64,000 bases of DNA from Lama guanicoe. Its lineage: Eukaryota. A program made the position numbers and the translations under genes. Under the pieces are notes generated by a model. It was given only the letters and a program-made list of their open reading frames with translations, was not told the DNA's origin and did no database searches. The stretch spans positions 328,017 to 392,016 of the forward strand of contig MU053136.1 in NCBI GenBank assembly GCA_013239625.1, given 5' to 3'. Of this stretch, positions 60,733 through 64,000 are shown piece by piece; position 1 is the first letter of the stretch, and each line of letters starts with the position of its first letter.

Positions 60733-61299
60733 TATACCCAGAGATACTGAGGTGAGAAAAAGCATAGCTTTCTAGGTCAAGTATAATTAATATGTTATGG
60801 AACTTAGGATATATGGAGAGAGAGGGAAAAGGTAGTCAAGGACTAGTTCATAAAGGAACTTAAGTACCCTGCTAAGGAGTACAGAATTTATCCAATAGGC
60901 AGTGGGGAATCTTTGAAGGATTTTAGGGAGGGGTGTGTGTGTCTGGTAGAGGTGTGTGTGGGTGATGCCACCACATTTCTAGTTTTCAAAGATCATCCTT
61001 ATCACAGTTTGTCTTGTGGTAAGGGGGCCAGTGGAAAATGATGAGGTCCTAAACTAGAGCACTTACTTGGTAATGGAGCCACAGAAGTCCAGGTTGTACA
61101 GACCAGTGCAAGAGTTAGAGCATGTCCTTCCTAAAGTAGAAGTAGGCCTAGCAGCATCTGTTTGGCTGGATGGGCAGGTGCACAATCAGCTGCTTCCATC
61201 GTCATGTCAGTTATAAGCTGCCCCCTCAAATACTCTTGTATAGGCAGTTTTCTCTGGAAACACCAAAAATGCTCTAGCATCTCTTTTGCAAAAATGACT

Positions 61300-61955
61300 T
61301 CTAAAGATAATCAGTGTTCTCATTTCCATAGGTTAGTTTTATCTGTTTTAAATTTTGTATTAATAGACTCTTTTGTGTCTCTTCTTTTTTGCTCAGCGTT
61401 GTCTTTGAGATTCGTGAATGTAGCTGCGTATGGCAATGATTTGTTCTTTATCGGTACTATGTAATATCCCATTGTCTGACTATACCATAAGTTTTCCATT
61501 GCGTTGTTTCCGGTTTTGAACTGTGTAAGCACTCACTTCTATAGGTTATATACCCAGGAGTGGAATTGCTAGTTCATGGGATGAATGTATGTTTAAGTAT
61601 TACCACTTTTGCAAAGTGGTTGTATTAATTTATTCTCTTACCAGCAATGTATGAGAGTTCTGGTTGTGCTATATCTTTGACTGCATTTAGTATTGTCAGT
61701 CCTTTTCACTTTAACTAGTCTGTTGGGAGTGTAGTGATGTCTTTTTGTGGTTTTAATTTGCATTTTCCTGATGACCATTGATGTGGAATATCTTTTCTTA
61801 TGCATATTGACCTTTTAAGTATCCTCTTGTGAAGTGCCTGTTCAACTCTTGCCCATTAAAAAAGTGGGTTGTTTGTCTTATTGATTTGCAGAATTGTTTG
61901 TATATTTTGCATATAAGTCCTTTGTGGTATACATATATTTGCATGTATCTTCTCC
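61300..61955 (-). mobile_element. old L1 (L1ME-like) 3' region
   Basis: tatacccaggagtggaattgct, gtggttttaatttgcattttcctgatgac. Confidence 0.75.
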
Positions 61956-62149
61956 AGGTGTTTGTTTACACATGGGATGGATGCAGGAACAAATTGATGA
62001 ATCTGAGCATTTTGCTGAGATTCTCTGGTATACGTTTTATCAATGGAGAGTAAGCCTATATATTGTTCTTTAGAGATTCCAGTTTCCTTACACGATGGCA
62101 CATGCTGGTTTTGAGAGGGTCACTATTGGTATTTTTTGATTGTAGGTTT

Positions 62150-62627
62150 TTCTCTTTTTCTATTGCTGTGGACCAAACTACCCCAAATCTTAGTGACTTA
62201 AAATAACTATTTGCTTTTTATTAAGTGGGCTGGCAATTTGGGCAGAGATCATCTGGCACAGCTTGCCTGTATTCCACATGGCATCTGCGGAACTCACTCA
62301 TGTGTTAGTGGTTAGTTGGCAGGTTGGCTAGGGGCTGGTTGGACCTGGATAGCCTCTCTCCAGCATTGAGCTGGAGCTGTCATCCAGGGTGCTATGGTTC
62401 TTACTGCAGGTTATCTTGGCTTCCTTGCAAGGTTCCAAGAGGGTGAGAGTAGAAGTTGCAAGTTCTCTCAAGGCCTGGGCTTAGAGATGGCACAGTGTCA
62501 TTCATGTTGCATTTTACTGGTCAGAGCAAGTCACAAAGCCAACTCAGATTCAAGGGATGGGAAAATGAGTTCCACTTCTTGATGGGAATTGGCTGCAAAT
62601 AATTTGTGGCCATGTTTAATCTGTAAC
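62150..62627. mobile_element. MaLR LTR (old MLT1 subfamily)
   Basis: caaactaccccaaatcttagtgactta...ggtcagagcaagtcacaaagcc...ccacttcttgatggga. Confidence 0.7.
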
Positions 62628-64000
62628 ACTGGGCATTGCTCTTCCTTGTTCCTCTTTCTCTCTTTCTCCTTCTTTGTCTCTCCTTGTTTCTCTTGCTTTC
62701 TCTCTTTTTTCTTCCCTCCCTCCCTTCCTTTGAGTGAAGTGGATAGTTTGTGGGTTTGTTTTTTTTTTAATTTCCTTGTCTTATCTTTCTTTTTGAGTTT
62801 GTTAGAACAAAGCTTACTTGGTTAAAAGATGTCTTCTCTGATTTACTGGTATGGCCAAGGACCAGATATTCTTGGGTCTTGACTTTGTGACTCTTTTTCA
62901 GATTACCTTAATAATACCAATTTGTTAATGCTGAAGAGATTAGTTTCTTCTCTGGGTGATTTTGATTTTTTTTTTTAATCTTTTTTTGTAATTGCTGAGG
63001 TTAACATTCTGGTCTTTTTATGGGCTCTGTTCCCAGTCCTTCTAGAGTTACTAATGTAGGCCTGGAATGACAACTTTTTCCCCCAAAGTGCTCAATGAAG
63101 TCAGAAAGGGAAAGGCTCCCTATCAGGAGAAGGTGTCTGGCTTGCATTTGTCTTGAGCACATAGTTTTTATATGTGAAATAAATAAGAATCGTGGGCAAG
63201 GCGCTGATATCAGTGACCTGTCAGCCCATCAGGGTGAATCAGCTGAAGTCGTAGATGAAGTGACAATGTCAGCACCAATGAGCCCTTTGCCCTGAGTTTG
63301 TTGGGCCTCTCGTTGAGGTAGCTGTCATAGCCCTTATTTTAGAGAAAAGTCAGGGTCATTGTTCAAGATTCAGCTGACTTGAAACATTATTTATTTTGGA
63401 GGGAGAAGGTTAGTTTCAGTATAGATGCTCCATTGGAAGTGACATGAGGCTGTTTTTCAGATTAGAGCCATTTTGGTGTGCCCAAGTATTACAGTTGTTA
63501 GAATCTTTAAAACTTGTCTCCAGGTGACTAGAGTCTATTCTGCTCCTCTCAGTAAGTTTAATTAATTGTCTTGGGTCCCACACAAGTAGATTTGTTAACT
63601 ATCGTTACTGTTTATCTTTTTGCCCAAACCAGTGATAGTTTGATAGGAATAGAAACTCAGAGGTGGCATTTTATTGCAAAAGATGAATGTTAGTTGCTAA
63701 ATGCAGCTGATTAGAAGGCTAGGACAAAGTATTTGTTTTTCTGGGGATAAGATCATTATTAAGGCTTTATAGAATGTGCCACTACTCAGATGACTGAACT
63801 AAATCTTCGTATTCCTATGAGGTTATCTTTCAGGTATTGGGAGTGTTTCGTAGAACTCTTATCAAATATAATTCTCTCACAGGTGTTTGGGTCAGATTAG
63901 CCTAGTTGTTCTGGTCACATATAAGTGCAATGCTAGTAGCCAGATTTTTATTCATGCTGCCTGAGGACATTGGTTCTGGAACCCCACAGACCCAGAGAAC

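Overview
Mammalian nuclear DNA, most likely camelid: three copies of a tRNA-derived SINE resemble the Camelidae vic-1 family. It is the conserved ARHGAP9-GLI1-INHBE-INHBC-R3HDM2 block, reversed relative to human 12q13.3. It contains the 3' 15 coding exons of ARHGAP9 (+, 473-5417) and complete GLI1 (-, CDS 12901-5893, 11 coding exons, 3315 nt = 1104 aa, non-coding exon 1 near 16052). It also contains complete two-exon INHBE (-, 19967-18672) and INHBC (-, 32500-24430), then a CpG-island promoter and first exon attributed by synteny to R3HDM2 (+, donor at 36546), followed by a repeat-rich intron (L1, L2, MIR, MaLR LTR, Tigger and hAT fossils). All exon junctions were read by eye as GT-AG and splice in frame. 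I see no support for a wholly new biological system. The most unusual directly visible items are a 61-bp copy of the GLI1 3'UTR inserted into a MIR inside GLI1's own intron 10, a perfect 371-bp tandem duplication (possibly an assembly artefact), a duplicated 45-bp unit with DR3-like nuclear-receptor sites upstream of INHBC, and near-abutting convergent ARHGAP9/GLI1 poly(A) signals. Repeat family names and comparisons with human or mouse come from recall and have not been checked against databases.
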